This document shows, piece by piece, positions 34,831 to 48,463 of a DNA stretch of 64,000 nucleotides. This DNA comes from Raillietiella orientalis. Lineage: Eukaryota. Each line of letters begins with the position of its first letter. The stretch's first letter is position 1. The notes beneath the pieces were generated by a model. It did not search any database and had not been told where the DNA came from. It was given only the letters and a program-made list of their open reading frames with translations. The position numbers and the translations under genes were made by a program. The stretch spans positions 6,634,001 through 6,698,000 of the forward strand of contig JAYWIR010000004.1 of NCBI GenBank assembly GCA_036172245.1, written 5' to 3'.

Positions 34831-36214
34831 CTATCCCTTTTTTCTAGCTGATACTCAAATATTTGTGTCCCCCTGATGTAGCGTGTAACTTTTATCATAT
34901 ATAACAGGAGATTAACTGAGAAACCGGAACCTTGTACTTTTTTTGGTCATCTTGTGAGAGGTCCGTGTTTTTGATTTTTAGCTGATTCTCTGCTTCTAAC
35001 GTGCCAGCTCCTTAAATTTTCATTTGGAAGCAAATGGGAACACTCGAAGTCCCTATCTGATATCACAAGGTCAGTCCATATGGCGTGATGCTCATTTGCA
35101 TCTTAGTTTCCTTGCCGAGTTACAAATGGAAATCTTGATCACTTTACTGTCTCCTCATCAGATCGGCAATGAGTTTAAATATTGGCCGCCAGCAAGTCTA
35201 CGTGCCACTCTAGAAAGCCAAACGATTAAACGAACACCTCGCCTCTCTTTTAGAAATCCTCTCTGTTACGTCTGGAGTATTCCAGAACAATTCAACATAA
35301 GGTTTCAAGCAATACTTCCCGTACAGAATCAGATACTTTGCCCGTTATCTCTTCCAATGTATGTATCTCTGAATTTCAACCTATCTATCAGCGATAAAGT
35401 TTTAAATTCCCAAAATTGTTTGTTTCTTCCTTCTTGCAAGCATATTTTGTGTGAGGACCTTTTATGTATGTTTCCATCCCCCCAAGAATGAGAGAATTAC
35501 ATGTATGAATGGGATGATTCGAAAAAATGTTGCGAACTAAATTTCAATGAGGAATGTTTGTTTCCGGAAAAGGTGCGGCACAATGCGTTTTGTTAGCAAA
35601 CGCCGGATCACTGATCTTCAAAAACATAATACTTTGCTTTGCTTTGAAAGAGATAAATATGTGAGAATAACATGGATTGGATGTTGAGAACTCTTATTGC
35701 TTTATGGGAATGGGGAAAACAGCCTCACGACCAGGAAATGCCACCGAAAGTCGGTTCAAAATAACTGCATTCCAATTAAGCAAAGAGAAAGAAAGCAGCT
35801 GAGTGCTTTCCTGCCTCGGAGATGCCTTCATTGCTACCATTTGCAGAAACAGGAATGGGAATCACGAGAAGCCAAAACCCAATGTGTGTGACTCCACTGT
35901 TCTTAGCTCTTTGTGTGAAGTGAACACGGCATTCCTCCATACGCCTTTTCCCAGCAAGTGTGCAAGCGGTGGCACTCGATCGATGATGCAATGGTAACCT
36001 TCGCTACGAGGAAAGGATAGCCGAATGCAAAAAAGAACGATCGCATTCACGTCACGTCACTAGAAATGTACATCTATAATCTATTATTCCAGAAACGAGG
36101 AAACAAAGGAATAAAAATTAAGGAAAGCACGCAAGTGAGTAGCAAATCCCTGGAAATATAATCCCTGGAATGATCTTAAGTATGATCCAAAAACAGCAAG
36201 CAAACACGTAAAAC

Positions 36215-36600
36215 TATATATATACACATATATGCATACGATCTAACACATATACACATATGTGTACATTAGATATAAGACATATATATGTTTTTATCAC
36301 ATATATACATGCATATATGTACATTAGATATATATACATTAGATAATATTCACCTATATGAATGTATATATATATTATATATATATTCATACATATATAT
36401 ATATATACATATATACATTCATATATATATATATTCATAGACATATATATATATTCACATATATGCATAGACATAACATATATCATATGTCATACTTACA
36501 CACTGTGTACAGAAAAGGATGTACGTGCACACACAGCACGCATATCATAACGCACCACACATGCATATATGCGTGTCCATGCCTATCTATCTATGTACCT
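36215..36600. repeat. Degenerate (TA)n/(TACA)n microsatellite tract
   Basis: Long alternating TA/CA run; it produces the spurious YI-rich ORFs 36214..36486, 36358..36645 and 36362..36550. Confidence 0.95.
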
Positions 36601-36769
36601 ATTTGTATATTTTTTAATTTTCAATTTATCGTTTTTAATTTGTAAAGTTTTCTTTTTGAAAGAGAAAAAAGAAAACAGCGAAATACAGTCCAATAATCTA
36701 AGAACAGTTCCAAAGAAATTCTCTGTTTTCTAGAAAAATGTTCCGATCCAGAGTTGAAACACTGTAATC

Positions 36770-39240
36770 AGCTACCTTCCAGTTTAGAATCGCAAACGAG
36801 GAGTATGAAGTTATCAAACATCGGAAGCAAGGAACAACTCAAAACAAATCTGGAAGGACGAGGACCTTACTTACAGTTACGAAACTACAGAAAGATCACA
36901 GAACGGTTACCATGAACATTTGAATTTCAAGAGTTGATTGCGATTGAAAATAAAGAATCCGATTTCGTTTACAGTGTCTAATGCTCGTCCGAGATCGCAA
37001 TGTCTTTCACCAGACTATCTTGGAAAATTTGCCTATCTTAAATCACCTTAGAAAGCTGCTAATGTTTTTATTATTGGCATCACTTTGACTTGGCTGTTTG
37101 TTCAAAGAGACAGTACATTCTGAAGATCTCTGTTGCCCTTAGAAGATCGAGGCATTCCAAGATCTGGTGAGTAGAAACGAAATTAGGAAACCATGCAAAC
37201 ATTACAGCTGCATTTCTTTTAGGTATTTAACAAGAACTAACCAAATATGAGCTTTACCTTAGAACCTTTGCCAAAAACAAAGATCTAAATCTGATCTAAA
37301 TCTAAGAAACCTAAATCTAAAACCTAACTCATAAGGACAAATTCGTTGGTCTAGTTTCAAAGTGCAAGTCCATCTGAATCCCATTTGCCTTATTCCGTGT
37401 GCACACAGATCGTATGTGCGCAGGAAGCTGAAATGATCAGATAATTTGGCTGTTGCTTGTGGCTTCCGTAAATTATGTTACCATGCACCCAAGAAAACCA
37501 TGAATGAGCACAGCGTACAATTCACACATCTCTTTTTGTCTCACAAACGCGGGCATTTGTTCACTGTTGCAGGTATCAATAGCAAAATAATTCGTAAACC
37601 GGCTTCATCTTGGCCTTTTGTAACAAAATAAGATTCAGATGAGCATACAGGATAAAACATGATCCCCAAATCCAAAAAGTTTGGCTTGCGCTGGACTGAA
37701 CGCGGGCTGTTCTGAATCCTAGAAAAAAATGATTGCAAAAAAGAAAAAACTATCCTCCGCTTCACGTTTCCTAGAAATTTTTGCACTATTGAAAACTCAA
37801 AACATCTCTTTCTACATAATGAGAAAAATCAGGATTTGAGATCTGGATGACTTTCACTTGAAAAATTTCCCCCCTGTGCATGGTAACATGAAGTTTTCTG
37901 TTTCCAGCATAGTGTCAACCTTTAATCTTCCAATCCCGTCTCTCTGGCTTGCAGAGAATTGCTTAAAATTTATCTGAGATTCGTTGGCGGCTCCCTGATA
38001 TCCTGACGAAGCACCTGTATTTTCCGAAAGGGGAGGAATGCCCGGAACTTTCTCATTTGCGGCCACCTCGGTGATTCCATCCAAGAAGTGAAGCCTGATC
38101 TTATGAAATCTGATGAGTTGAAAAGGATGCGAAACACTGATGAGACTCTGAGAAACACTTAAACCTGAGATCAGCAGTCAATTTGATGAGATGACTGTCT
38201 CTCACTGCATGCTGAGGCATCTCTGTATCGCCATTTGCAACAAAGTTCGACAGGGTTGTTTCAGCGTCGAACAAAAATATTCCTCAGGAATCTGCATTTG
38301 CTGCCATTTTCGTGCGGAAAGAAAAACTTTGTCTCCATAAAAATGATTTTTAGGGAATTTTCATCCAACGATTGCTTTGTGTTTCCCAGGTGAATCTGTG
38401 AAATAAAGAAACACACAGGACAATTATGTCTTGTAAATTGATGAAAGCTTGAAATTTCAATTCGATTCAAATTCCAAGGTATTAAGAAAGATTCAAGTAA
38501 GGGAAAGAAATGGAATGATTAATTCCCAATATCTATTTTAAAACTTTTGATCTCTAGAAGCGAATTTTTTTTTTTTTTTACTTTTGGACCGCAATGCGTG
38601 CATCGTCAGTTAAGCTATCTGAACTAAATTTGTAATTGAGTTCACTTAGAAACTGTAAGTATTCCTTTTCATACAGCAAACTGTTCAGAGAATTATTGCT
38701 GGGAAATTAAAACACCGAAAGCAAAAATTGAAGGTATTTTTCCAAAAAAATCTTCCGCAAATAACCAAGAGACCAACATGTAAGCATGCGATTTGAACCT
38801 CTGCTATTCCAGCAAGAGGGAAATTTCTCGAAGAAAACGCAACTTGGGAACTGAGGCTAACATAAGCGAGGGAATCTTATTCTGTGATCATGAGATGCAC
38901 AGTGAAGCACTTGTTCCGTGGATTCCTGAAAATTTACGAATTTCAAAACCTTCTGAAAATGATTTCAAGTATGAATCTCAAAAACCTATAGATGGTTTCG
39001 AACGGTGGATGCTTTCCTAAATTGGAGAAATGGAATTTCTCAAAAGTTAGATGCAGCTGAGATTTCGAATTGTTCCTTCCCTCCCCCGCCAGATACAGTG
39101 TATTGCACGATTTTCATCTGATACACCTCTCACATGAGATACCATGATGCTAACGGATCAACTTTCCTGACTTTAAAATCAATGCTATCGTTGCGAATCA
39201 AGCACGGTTCTATTTGAATCTGATGGCACAGCCTCTCACT
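36770..39240 (+). pseudogene. Decayed extracellular LRR protein (LRRs + LRRCT, possible Ig domain)
   Basis: LRR-type fragments: ILENLPILNHL, IEAFQDL (donor GTGAGT at 37167), TNQI*ALP, QNKIQMSIQDKT, ENSKHLFLHNEK, LWLAENCLKFI. Then LFCD..LVPWI (ORF 38793..39020; LRRCT-like) and IQCIAR..PLT*..SDGT (Ig-like). Confidence 0.55.
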
Positions 39241-40709
39241 CTTTATGAAGTGAATACTTGCAAACCCTTATGAAAACATCGCATATGTGGTGATGCAATG
39301 CACCCCCAAGTATATATTGACATGCACGCATACATGCACACAGACGAGGTATTTATTCATCCTGCTGGCATAGGATAGGAATAAGAATGCAATTAGTGTG
39401 TTATCATGCGTCTGAATAGATATTCTGATAAATAATAAAGAACTGATTGCCTTATATAGCCTAAGATACTTCAGCCTTATAATCACTGAGTAGCTATCCT
39501 TGAAGATAACCTCAGGACAGCACGATCAATTAGAATACCTTTCATTATTTTTACCACGTTTGAGCAAACGAGAGGAAGATCTTTTCCTCCGAGATTCCAA
39601 TAAGGAATAGCATGGGTTTCATGCGAAACACTGATAAAGGATGGAATCTGTTTGATCCTGATTCCTGGGACAGAATAAAGATCAGAAATTCGTTATTTTA
39701 TAACGAAATTTTGATCATTATTGCTTATTTTATAAGTACACAGGAATCCAGAAACAAAATGTTCGTTTGAAAATGAAAACACAGTCCGTCGCAGTTAGGC
39801 TAAAACGCCCGAGTCAAGAAAACTTTGAATTATGGATGTATGGAAATTTATGAATTCACAGTTTGGAAAGACGCATCATGGTAAAGTTTTTGAAAGAGAA
39901 CTTGAAGTGAGAAGTTCCACGGCATGTTATTTGCTCGTACTTGAGGGGTTTTAAGAATCCTGCAAACCTGATAATTTTTGAAGACCTTAATGATGTCGGG
40001 TGTCGGTGTTTATGCATTTGATATTCATTTATGCGCTTCCACTCGCCGTTAAGTTCTCGTTGAGAATGTTTGATGACATTTAAAAACGAATCCATAGACT
40101 AAAAAAATCCTTGTCAGTTCTTACCCTTCAGAAGACTTTTCTAGCACATTCTTCATGTTGGCGAATCTATCAGTAAAGTAGTCAGAGCTAAGAGAATTCC
40201 CATCAAATTTTTTAATTTTTTATTCTAATGGGATGTGGGTTGCAAGAAGCTTTAGCAATGAAGTTTCCCTCTTAACAAATGAAATTTCAGTACCGGAATT
40301 TCAGAGGAAGAAAAAAATGATTTCCGAAGGAACATTGTTAGGATACTGGTCTCCAAGATATTATTTTTCATAGTTATCACGGAAAATAATGTTCCTTCAT
40401 CATGAATTTAGACGATGAACGCGAAATTAAGACCCATTACTTAAAGAAAGGCGTACAGCGAAGTCTTACATCTCGGTTTATCACTGGCCAGCTATCCTAA
40501 TTAATATTCCCAACTGTTTTTAATTGTATCACAAGCAAACTAATCTGCTGTGGATTTTCTTGGGAGAGATCTGCTGTCAGCCTCCCTTTCGATGTTTTAC
40601 TTGAATAAATTATCAAAGAGTGCTTCGTTGCGTTGTGAATTCGAATCTTCAGACATTCTTATTCATCTGTATCTTCTGTTTCATATGGAATCCACAGCTG
40701 TAGTATCTG

Positions 40710-41150
40710 ATCTTTAACATCTGCCATACTGAGAAGAGAAATACCCCAAGAAGGAAAACACAATGAGCTGCACATCTCGAAACAGTCATCTCCTTTCCAA
40801 CAAATCCGAGCTTCATTTGTTTCTGATTCCGGATTTCGAAATCGAGAACAGAGAGACACTATTCCAGTCATTTCCAAGTTCTGAAACACCCTCGCATTAC
40901 CACCGAATTGGCATTTAGGAATAAGTGGAGATCACTCTCAATGTTTGCAGGTGCAATCCTTAGAGGCGGGCATTACTGGTTATCCTCTGGGTTACACGAG
41001 TACCTGTTCCTTAAACAGGTATATGGCGTGTCCACTGCCTGTCTAGCTGGTCCATTTATCCACGGAATGCTCTCAGTGTTTTGACAAACAACACATGGGA
41101 AACTTCCTTGAATGTCAAATGCTTCAGGTCTTCAAGTGCTAGAAGCGATC
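40710..41150 (+). mobile_element. Possible very decayed non-LTR RT relic
   Basis: IFNICH/EIPQEGK resembles the IFN.C..IP..WK block at the start of non-LTR RTs; no catalytic motif found. Confidence 0.22.
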
Positions 41151-42724
41151 CACAGGCGAATATCTGAGCCGTAAAATTTCTTACACATCTCAGTTTGGAA
41201 AATGCCTACCAGTTGGGAAGGAACAACACTAAACAGGAAAAGAAGTTCATAAAGTCGCGTGATGTAAGTGCAAAATGCATGAGAACAGCACCGGTTTGGT
41301 GACAGTTCTCTGAAAGGAGACAAACAGTAATGCAGCAGGATTCAAGGAAACGCAGTAGGAGAAGCAGGAACAAGTCGACAAGCTATGGAACACTTCTATC
41401 TGTTTGAAGGCACCCAGCTAAATGCAATACGAAATGGAACAGCACACGACAAAGATTGCAGCGAAAAGCTACCTAAGGACCCGAATGGGAAACAAGCCCA
41501 AGGAAAGCATGCTGCTCACCACGAAGCATGTTGATTACTGAAACAATGATTTCACGTAAGGGATTGTTCCGAATATGACTGACTAAAAGAACTGCAATCA
41601 CGCCACATGCACGAACAGGATGACATCAGATCACATGGAAAGCAGCGCACGCAGATACGATGCCACCTAAATAGGAGGCTTAAAAGGGCAACGCTATTTA
41701 AACGGATCTTGTCCACGGCTTCAAGTTCGCATCAAGTTGATATCCGCTAAACCGTTCGTCTTGCCATCTTTCTACAGCCTAGCGCGAACCCGCTTCGCTG
41801 GTGGTAAGTGAAATTCTTTACTTCAGTTTTGTATGAAACGCTCCCTCCTGAGCTCCTAGGAAAGTGTGTTTGATAGTTGTTGAGTGATTGATCTGTCTGC
41901 AGGCTCAACGACACTGCAGAAATGCAAGCAGAGCATAAAGTGCTCTTCAAGTTTGCACAGCAGCTAGGCGCTCCTAGGCGCTCACGAAGCCAATTCGAAA
42001 CTTAGGATTTGAATAGGCGATGCCCCCGAAATTCCTGATCAGCTTCACTAAGTAAATCTGCTAGAGAATGCTGCATCTGCTTATTCTTTGTAACGGTTTT
42101 AATGAACGTGATGAGTAATCCAGGGTAAGGGAATTTACACAGTGGGACACAAACATGTTTCCAATGAGAACTGAGGAGCCGATTCTTACTTTTTCTGTGC
42201 TCCACTCTGTGAAACTGACACAGTGCCTTCAGGAAAATAATCCTGAACACTCGGGAATAACGAATGCACTATAAGTTATTGCCTTTCGTTTCTTGCTCCG
42301 GGCATGTAGTTTAAAAAGATGACTGTCTCCTGTTCCTCTGATTCGAACCCGAAATTCAGGTCTTCAGGTTTGAAGGAACATTCCACCAAAAGTGTGGTGC
42401 TGGCAAGTGCAAATAGCAATGGAAGTAACAGCAGCGGTTGGTTGAGATTGTTTGAATTCGTTCCCGTGTCTGAAGAGACTGAAGGGAAACGCAAGATCGG
42501 GAACCGTGATATAAAACCATCACTTTACTGTTGCAAACCTGGCTGCTCTAGCTCTTACAAAAACCGTCTAAATAGGCGTCTTTGTCGGTGGTCAATCCTG
42601 GAACGTCCACCTTTCGCTTCGTGCCTCTTCTCCTCTTCCTCCTCCACTGAGTTCTGTTTCCATCTTCCATCTTAGAAAATAATAGTTCAATTGTACTCTT
42701 TCAGGAAAAGTTTGGCCTAGCAGT

Positions 42725-43845
42725 ATGTCGGAGGAGAAAAGAAGCAGTTTTCAATCACGACTGCCGCCGCTGAAGCAGGTAAACAGACTTGATAGTAGCA
42801 TTATTGTTGCATTAAGTAGGTAGAGTAGTAGAGTGAGTCATTGCCTTATTTTTGCTTCTCGACTCGAAAAATGAGATGTTAACGATAAGCGACAGCTTGC
42901 AGCCGATTTGTGGGTTGAGTATAGAAGGGTGTTTGTTTCCCATCCTGGAATTCTTCCAGTGTAACTAGTTTTGGTTAACCAGAATAGCGTGCGGGCAGCT
43001 TGGTACAGCTGAGTGCTTGGAAAAAGCTGGAGACTCCCTTTTTTCCTCTAGCAAATAGGAAAGCCGACCCTCTGTGTGTGTTTTGTTTTATTTTGCGTTG
43101 TGCTCCTCCATTTCCAAAGACCGATATAAGAACTCACTGTTGGAGTGAAACTGTTTCAGATTGGTTTTCAAGATGTCGGCAGACAATCGCAGCTTCTTCT
43201 AGACGAATTTCACAGATTGGCTGGATTCTGAAAGATGGAAAACTCACTGACTCTACCAAAGAAATTCCTAGATCAGGATTACCTTTACTCGAATGAAGTT
43301 TCTTGTCATATCTGTCGATGCTCTATATTTCGCCCCTTTTTAAGAAAGCTTGTTTCGCTTTGCTGCTGTAAACAAGGATTCCTCAGAGGCTATCATGGAA
43401 AGTGAAACAGAGACACTCATATTCTAACTTTCCTAGCGTTCGAAAGCAGGAAAAGGTAGTAATTGGATTCGTTGCGAAGTAAACAATTCGAAGGACTCTA
43501 AAATGTATTGCATTATCACTTAATCTGTTCTTTGGATAGCTGCCGTATTTTGCATATCAGAGTGCTCTATAACTTGTTAGCCAGCCATTCTTTAGAAGCA
43601 CTCTACATCTTCCGATCTGAAGTACGCACTTCACTCTTCTTTGCACGATGTACTTGCGCTGGTAGGAGAGACCGTTCGGGTGGAACACCTCTGGTGGACA
43701 ACCCGAACGGTCCAAGGGACAACTTGGAATTATTTCCCATTCGCTAATCGGAATGTTCAATTGGTCCCTTTTTTTTTCTGCAGTTGAGAGATTCAGTTCT
43801 CCCTCTCCCGTGCTGAGAATAAAGAAACGAAAAGTTGTCTTGTGT
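42725..43845 (+). pseudogene. RAB28: Decayed RAB28-like small GTPase
   Basis: MSEEK/KQFSI..EAGKQT (RQLKI..ASGKTS), QIGFQDVGRQ..KFLDQDYLYS (QIWDIGGQ..KMLDKYIYG), SETETLI (SETQPLV), KH..VLALVGE (KH..VSAKTGD), LSRAE/RKVV (LNKAE..RVV), in the correct order. Confidence 0.6.
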
Positions 43846-45571
43846 TTAGAGTAGTTGTTTGTCCACCTCTATCTTGTATTTAGAACAGTTGTTCAAGTGA
43901 AAACAGCCACGAGAAGAACCCGTAGCAATAGGAAATCGGGGGAGTGGGAAGGAAGGGAACTGCTGCTTCCATAAGTTCATGCCTTGCTTTGCGGACATTT
44001 AAATGCAGATGAAAATTGAATGTATGTTCTTATCGTATCCTTGACCCTTTCCTAAGCCAAGAAATGCTCGTTGTCCATTTTCTCGTGATTTCAGTGTACG
44101 GAGACCGAGTTCTGGATTGTAGTTTCCTGGTGTTGGAGTTTTCCCATGTTTCTTCCTTTCTCTATCGACGTTAACAGGAATAAAAAAAACAAAAAAAACT
44201 CTTCGACACTGAATGCTCGTCTTTCACATTCCTATTCTGAGATGCATCTCAGTCTCTCTGTTAATGCAATAGTTTTCTTGGAGGTTTGGTAATGAAAGCG
44301 AAGGAACCCCGCAACAGCGTGGTATGTAATGGAACCTCTCTTTCCACTTGAGGAATGCTCCACAAAGAGCATTCGTTATGGATTAATTATCAAAAATTGT
44401 GTAAGTAGTTCAGAGGAAATTCAAAAGAGATCAAGTGACGTCTCTTCCTGTTTTGCTAATAGAAATAAGGGTGCTTTCTGTCCTCGTAAGCAACCATCAT
44501 TCCGCCATTAAGTCATTTCCACAAGCAGCGGAACGATAAGATAACCTTCGGCGATTGATGACTTCGACTCTCAATCTTTATTTGGTTATTGTTGTTTACA
44601 AAGGTAGGAGCCAGGATCAACAGCCAGCTGTCAACGAACCCGTACTTTCGCCGGGATTCTCGTAGGAGAACCAGGCTTGACCAAACCCTACCTACTTCAG
44701 ATGCTGAAGCACCTAAATCACTATAAGCAAAATGGAGTATCTGCTTCTGAAATTCTGATCCCATCCTTCGCTGCTTGACACTCTTATTCATACACTTCAG
44801 TCGGAAAGCCATAAGTATTCCAGCACCATTGCACATCTCGAGGATCATTATTATGTATCAGATGTTATTGATGCCTAGTGATAATGCTGATAATTTCTAT
44901 TCTTCCGATTTATTTTCATAGATTACTAAGAGTAGCAGCTTATATTGTTGTATTTACTCCTCAGCTCTGTGTATCTATTCTATTCCTATCGTCGATAGGC
45001 AGAAATGGTGCATATCTGTGCTGGTTTCTGTTTCATCTTGTGTTATATCTGATATTACTCTCCAGAAAATAATAGCAAATAACCTTTAGTAGTGCACTCT
45101 ATACATTGACTGTGAATCGTAACAGAAAAACGTGTGTTTCGGCTTGATCTACAAGTATTACTTTCAACGTGTTTCTGTGGGTTTCAGCTTTCACAAGAAT
45201 ACAACTTTGATGAACTTAGAAAGTAATTGGCATTTTTGTTGTTGTGCTGAATTCTTGCCTATCTGGCAAAAAAGTTGAAGGTGTTTTTAGTTTGCGGTGT
45301 AGTCTCCCTTTTAAAAAAAAATTGTCATTGGTAAAAAGCGTTCGTTGTTTTCCAGTGACAGCTTTTTTTTCACTGGGAAAATAGAGTCTTTATGAACAGC
45401 TCACGATGCCTGTTGCTTGAAGCACTTCAAAAACTCATCAAATTGATGCGATAAGTTTCCAATCCAACGAATTCAATCAGTTCTTGGTTCTAATGTTCAG
45501 TTATTTCGTGACTTGGACGGCGCGACATTGGCTGTTGAAAAGTGTGTTTTGAAACACATCCTGTCTTCCAG

Positions 45572-46956
45572 AGTCTCGCCTCGTTGCTGCCAATTTATGG
45601 AAATTTCATTTCCGGATTGATACTTGGATTTATCACACCAGCCCTGTACTTTTTGCAAAATCCAGAAAACAACTACGGTCTCGTACTCAATGTAGATGAA
45701 GCGAGCTGGTTCGCCAGTTTGTTCTTTTTCGGAGCCATGCTGGGAGTTACGTTGCTAGCTTTCTCCACGACATTTGGACACAAACAGATGTTATTCCTTA
45801 CTTGCCTCCCCCGTTTGATGGCATGGTACTTACTGATGACATCGTCTACAGTTTCCTCTCTTTATCTGGCACAACTTCTTGCTGGTCTTAGCTTTGGTAT
45901 AGACCAAGTAGAAAGCATAGTTTACTGCAAGGAAACGGTGGAAGCAGATTTTAAAAGATTCGTTGTGGCAATGACATCACCTGCAAACACTCTCGGCATT
46001 GTGGTTATCATTCTCTCTGGTAAGGTGGACAAATTGAGGATTCTATCTAATGCCCCGTTTTATTTCTTACAGGTAAATATCTGTCTTACACTTACCTCAC
46101 AAAAATTGGCATAGCTAGCAGTGTTTTACATGCGATGCTCACTATGCTCGTACCCGAAACACCGTACAGTCTGTTAAAGAACAACAACTTAAAAAAGATG
46201 CAAGAAGCCATTGATTGGTTGCAGTGGTCTGAGAATGGCAAACTGGAGCTGAACTTATTTAGAAAAGAGGAAGAACAAAAGCAAGAGAAGAAATCATCAT
46301 TTAGTTTGAAAAACTATTTCGATAAAGAGCAGCTAAAAGCTCTTGCTGCTAGCTGCTTGTACACGAGCTTCCAACGTAACTTGGGTTACCTTGGTATTCA
46401 AACTTACGCTATGGAATTCTTCCGGTTTGCTAATATCAGTTTTAACTCCACCGACGCTTCTATTTTGCTCGTCTCTATCCAGCTAGTGTCTCAAATCCCA
46501 TCATTGTTGTTCATAGATCGCCTAGGGTCTAGGAAAATCGGAATGATCTCCAGTTCCCTGATGTGCCTTTGTTATGTCGTAATTATTATTTACAATGAAG
46601 TATTACTGCCTATGGGAATCCGGTATTCGAACTGGATTTTTTCCATTGCCTTTTTTTGCTCAGTGTCCATGTACGGTTTTGGTCCGTCTGTCTTAAGCCA
46701 GGTGTTGCCTGGGGAACTCTTCAAGGAAGGAACAAAACAGTGGATATGGTCAGCATACGCTTTCTGGTCATATTCCTGTTATTTTGAAGCCACTAAATCG
46801 TTCCCCTTTGTATACAGAGACTTTGGTTTTACAGGAATGTTTGTGTTTTTTTCGATTGTTGCTTTCCTCACGTGTATCATACACACTCTTCGCTTGTGTC
46901 ACCCCAACATGGATCGCAAGGACAAACTGGATGCCATGGAGAGCGTGAATCCTTGA
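45572..46956 (+). CDS. MFS sugar porter, Tret1 (facilitated trehalose transporter)-like; exons 45572-46019 and 46073-46956, short first exon probably 45493-45507
   Basis: ORFs 45542..46114 and 46135..46956 join in frame after removing a 53-bp GT-AG intron at 46020-46072 (ILSG-KYLSY..VPETPY). Sugar-porter motifs GFITPAL, EASWFAS, PETP, IDRLGSRK and GFGP..LPGELF; multiple hydrophobic segments; acceptor at 45571. Confidence 0.9.
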
Positions 46957-48463
46957 AAGTCTCAGTTTATTGAGCTTTAGTTCCATAGAAGACGACTGTT
47001 AAGTCCTTAACGTACCCCAACCAGATCCCCAGTCGTGATGCCGCTGTTGTTGTTGTTGACCGGTACTTGTTTTACTCAATTGTTCAAGGTAATGCTGTTA
47101 TGCAGTCTTTATTTCCCCTTATCACTTCTAAGTGATATTAAATGATATTTTGATACCAATGACTTATTTTTTCTTTTCTTGGAGATCCAGATACTTCAGT
47201 TGGAATAGACACGCGAAACAGAGTGGCTGGGTTATTATTTGACCACCACCACCAACTAACCAGGAAACCATGGACAGCGTTTGGAAGATGCTGGACGAGA
47301 AATCTGATTGAGCTGATGGAATTCGGGATACAGAAAACGGAGTGGTTTGGAGTGCTCGAATTTAACGAAAGACCTGGATGGAAGTCGTATCACTTTACTG
47401 GTCTTGCTTGCTTAAACTCCTGAGAACACTCAATCCGAATGAGAAGAAGGCCAACTACCGAACAAGAAGGCCATTCGCAAACAGATTTTTTCCCTAGAAT
47501 AGGAGCAGCGCTTTAGCAATTACGTTAATCGAGTGGAATTTAACTTTTTTGCCAGATAGCCTAGACTACTGAAGAGAAAAACATTCTCGTGAGAAAGCAG
47601 TTTTCAGGAAAGAAAATCAGCAAATCCACGATTCTTGGTCTCTTTGGAAATTGAGCGTAATTATCCAATTTATAGTAGTGTATTTCTCTGTGCTGAATTT
47701 CCTGACATGAAAACTGTGTTTCAGCAATCGTAGGGAACGGAATCGTGATCACAGAAACTTAGATATGTGAAACGTAATCTGAAATGCAAGCATGGAAAAG
47801 CAAACTCGAGATATCGAGCTCATTTGCACTGGCTTGGTTGCGTTGCTTCTGTTGAGAAAACTTTCCTTTTTTGTATCGATATTTCATACATTCAGCTAAA
47901 GGAAAAAGTCTCAAGTTATGTCGCTCTTGTCCCACTTATGCTCCAGTTTATTTACTGCCAAACATGTTTATTTTATGGGAGAAGCTTTGCATCGTAATGA
48001 AACTCTTGAAATGTTAAGGAACGCCAAAACTCGGTCACTCCTACTTGTATTCACTTTTACTCAGAGATTCAGAAGAAGAAAATCCAATCCAATGAGCTGA
48101 GAACACACCCTTGAAAAAACAAACCATATACAATCATGGCTACTGAAAGCCAAAAACAAAACAGAATGGTACAGTAAGAGCAGAGTATTGAAACTTGATG
48201 ATTCTCCCGATGAAAAGAGAACACAAAATGGATGTCCAAGATTTAATAGAATATTATTTAGCTTGAGTGCAAAGTATATGATTTCAATTAAGTCCATTTA
48301 CAAGGTGGACTTCTCTTTGCCATGGGAACGGTTGAACAGTCGAATTTCCATGGGAACTTCTATAGGAAAAGAAAATGGGAGGCAACGAAATATCTACAGC
48401 TGAGAACCATTTCTTCTTCAGCTCAAGAAATCAACTACATCAATGCAGAATCAACCAAGAAAT

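Noticed and set aside
40990..41750. Penelope-like RT hints (KQVYGV..GP; KRATLFKR)
   Set aside because: No YVDD or GIY-YIG motif found; the matches are too short.
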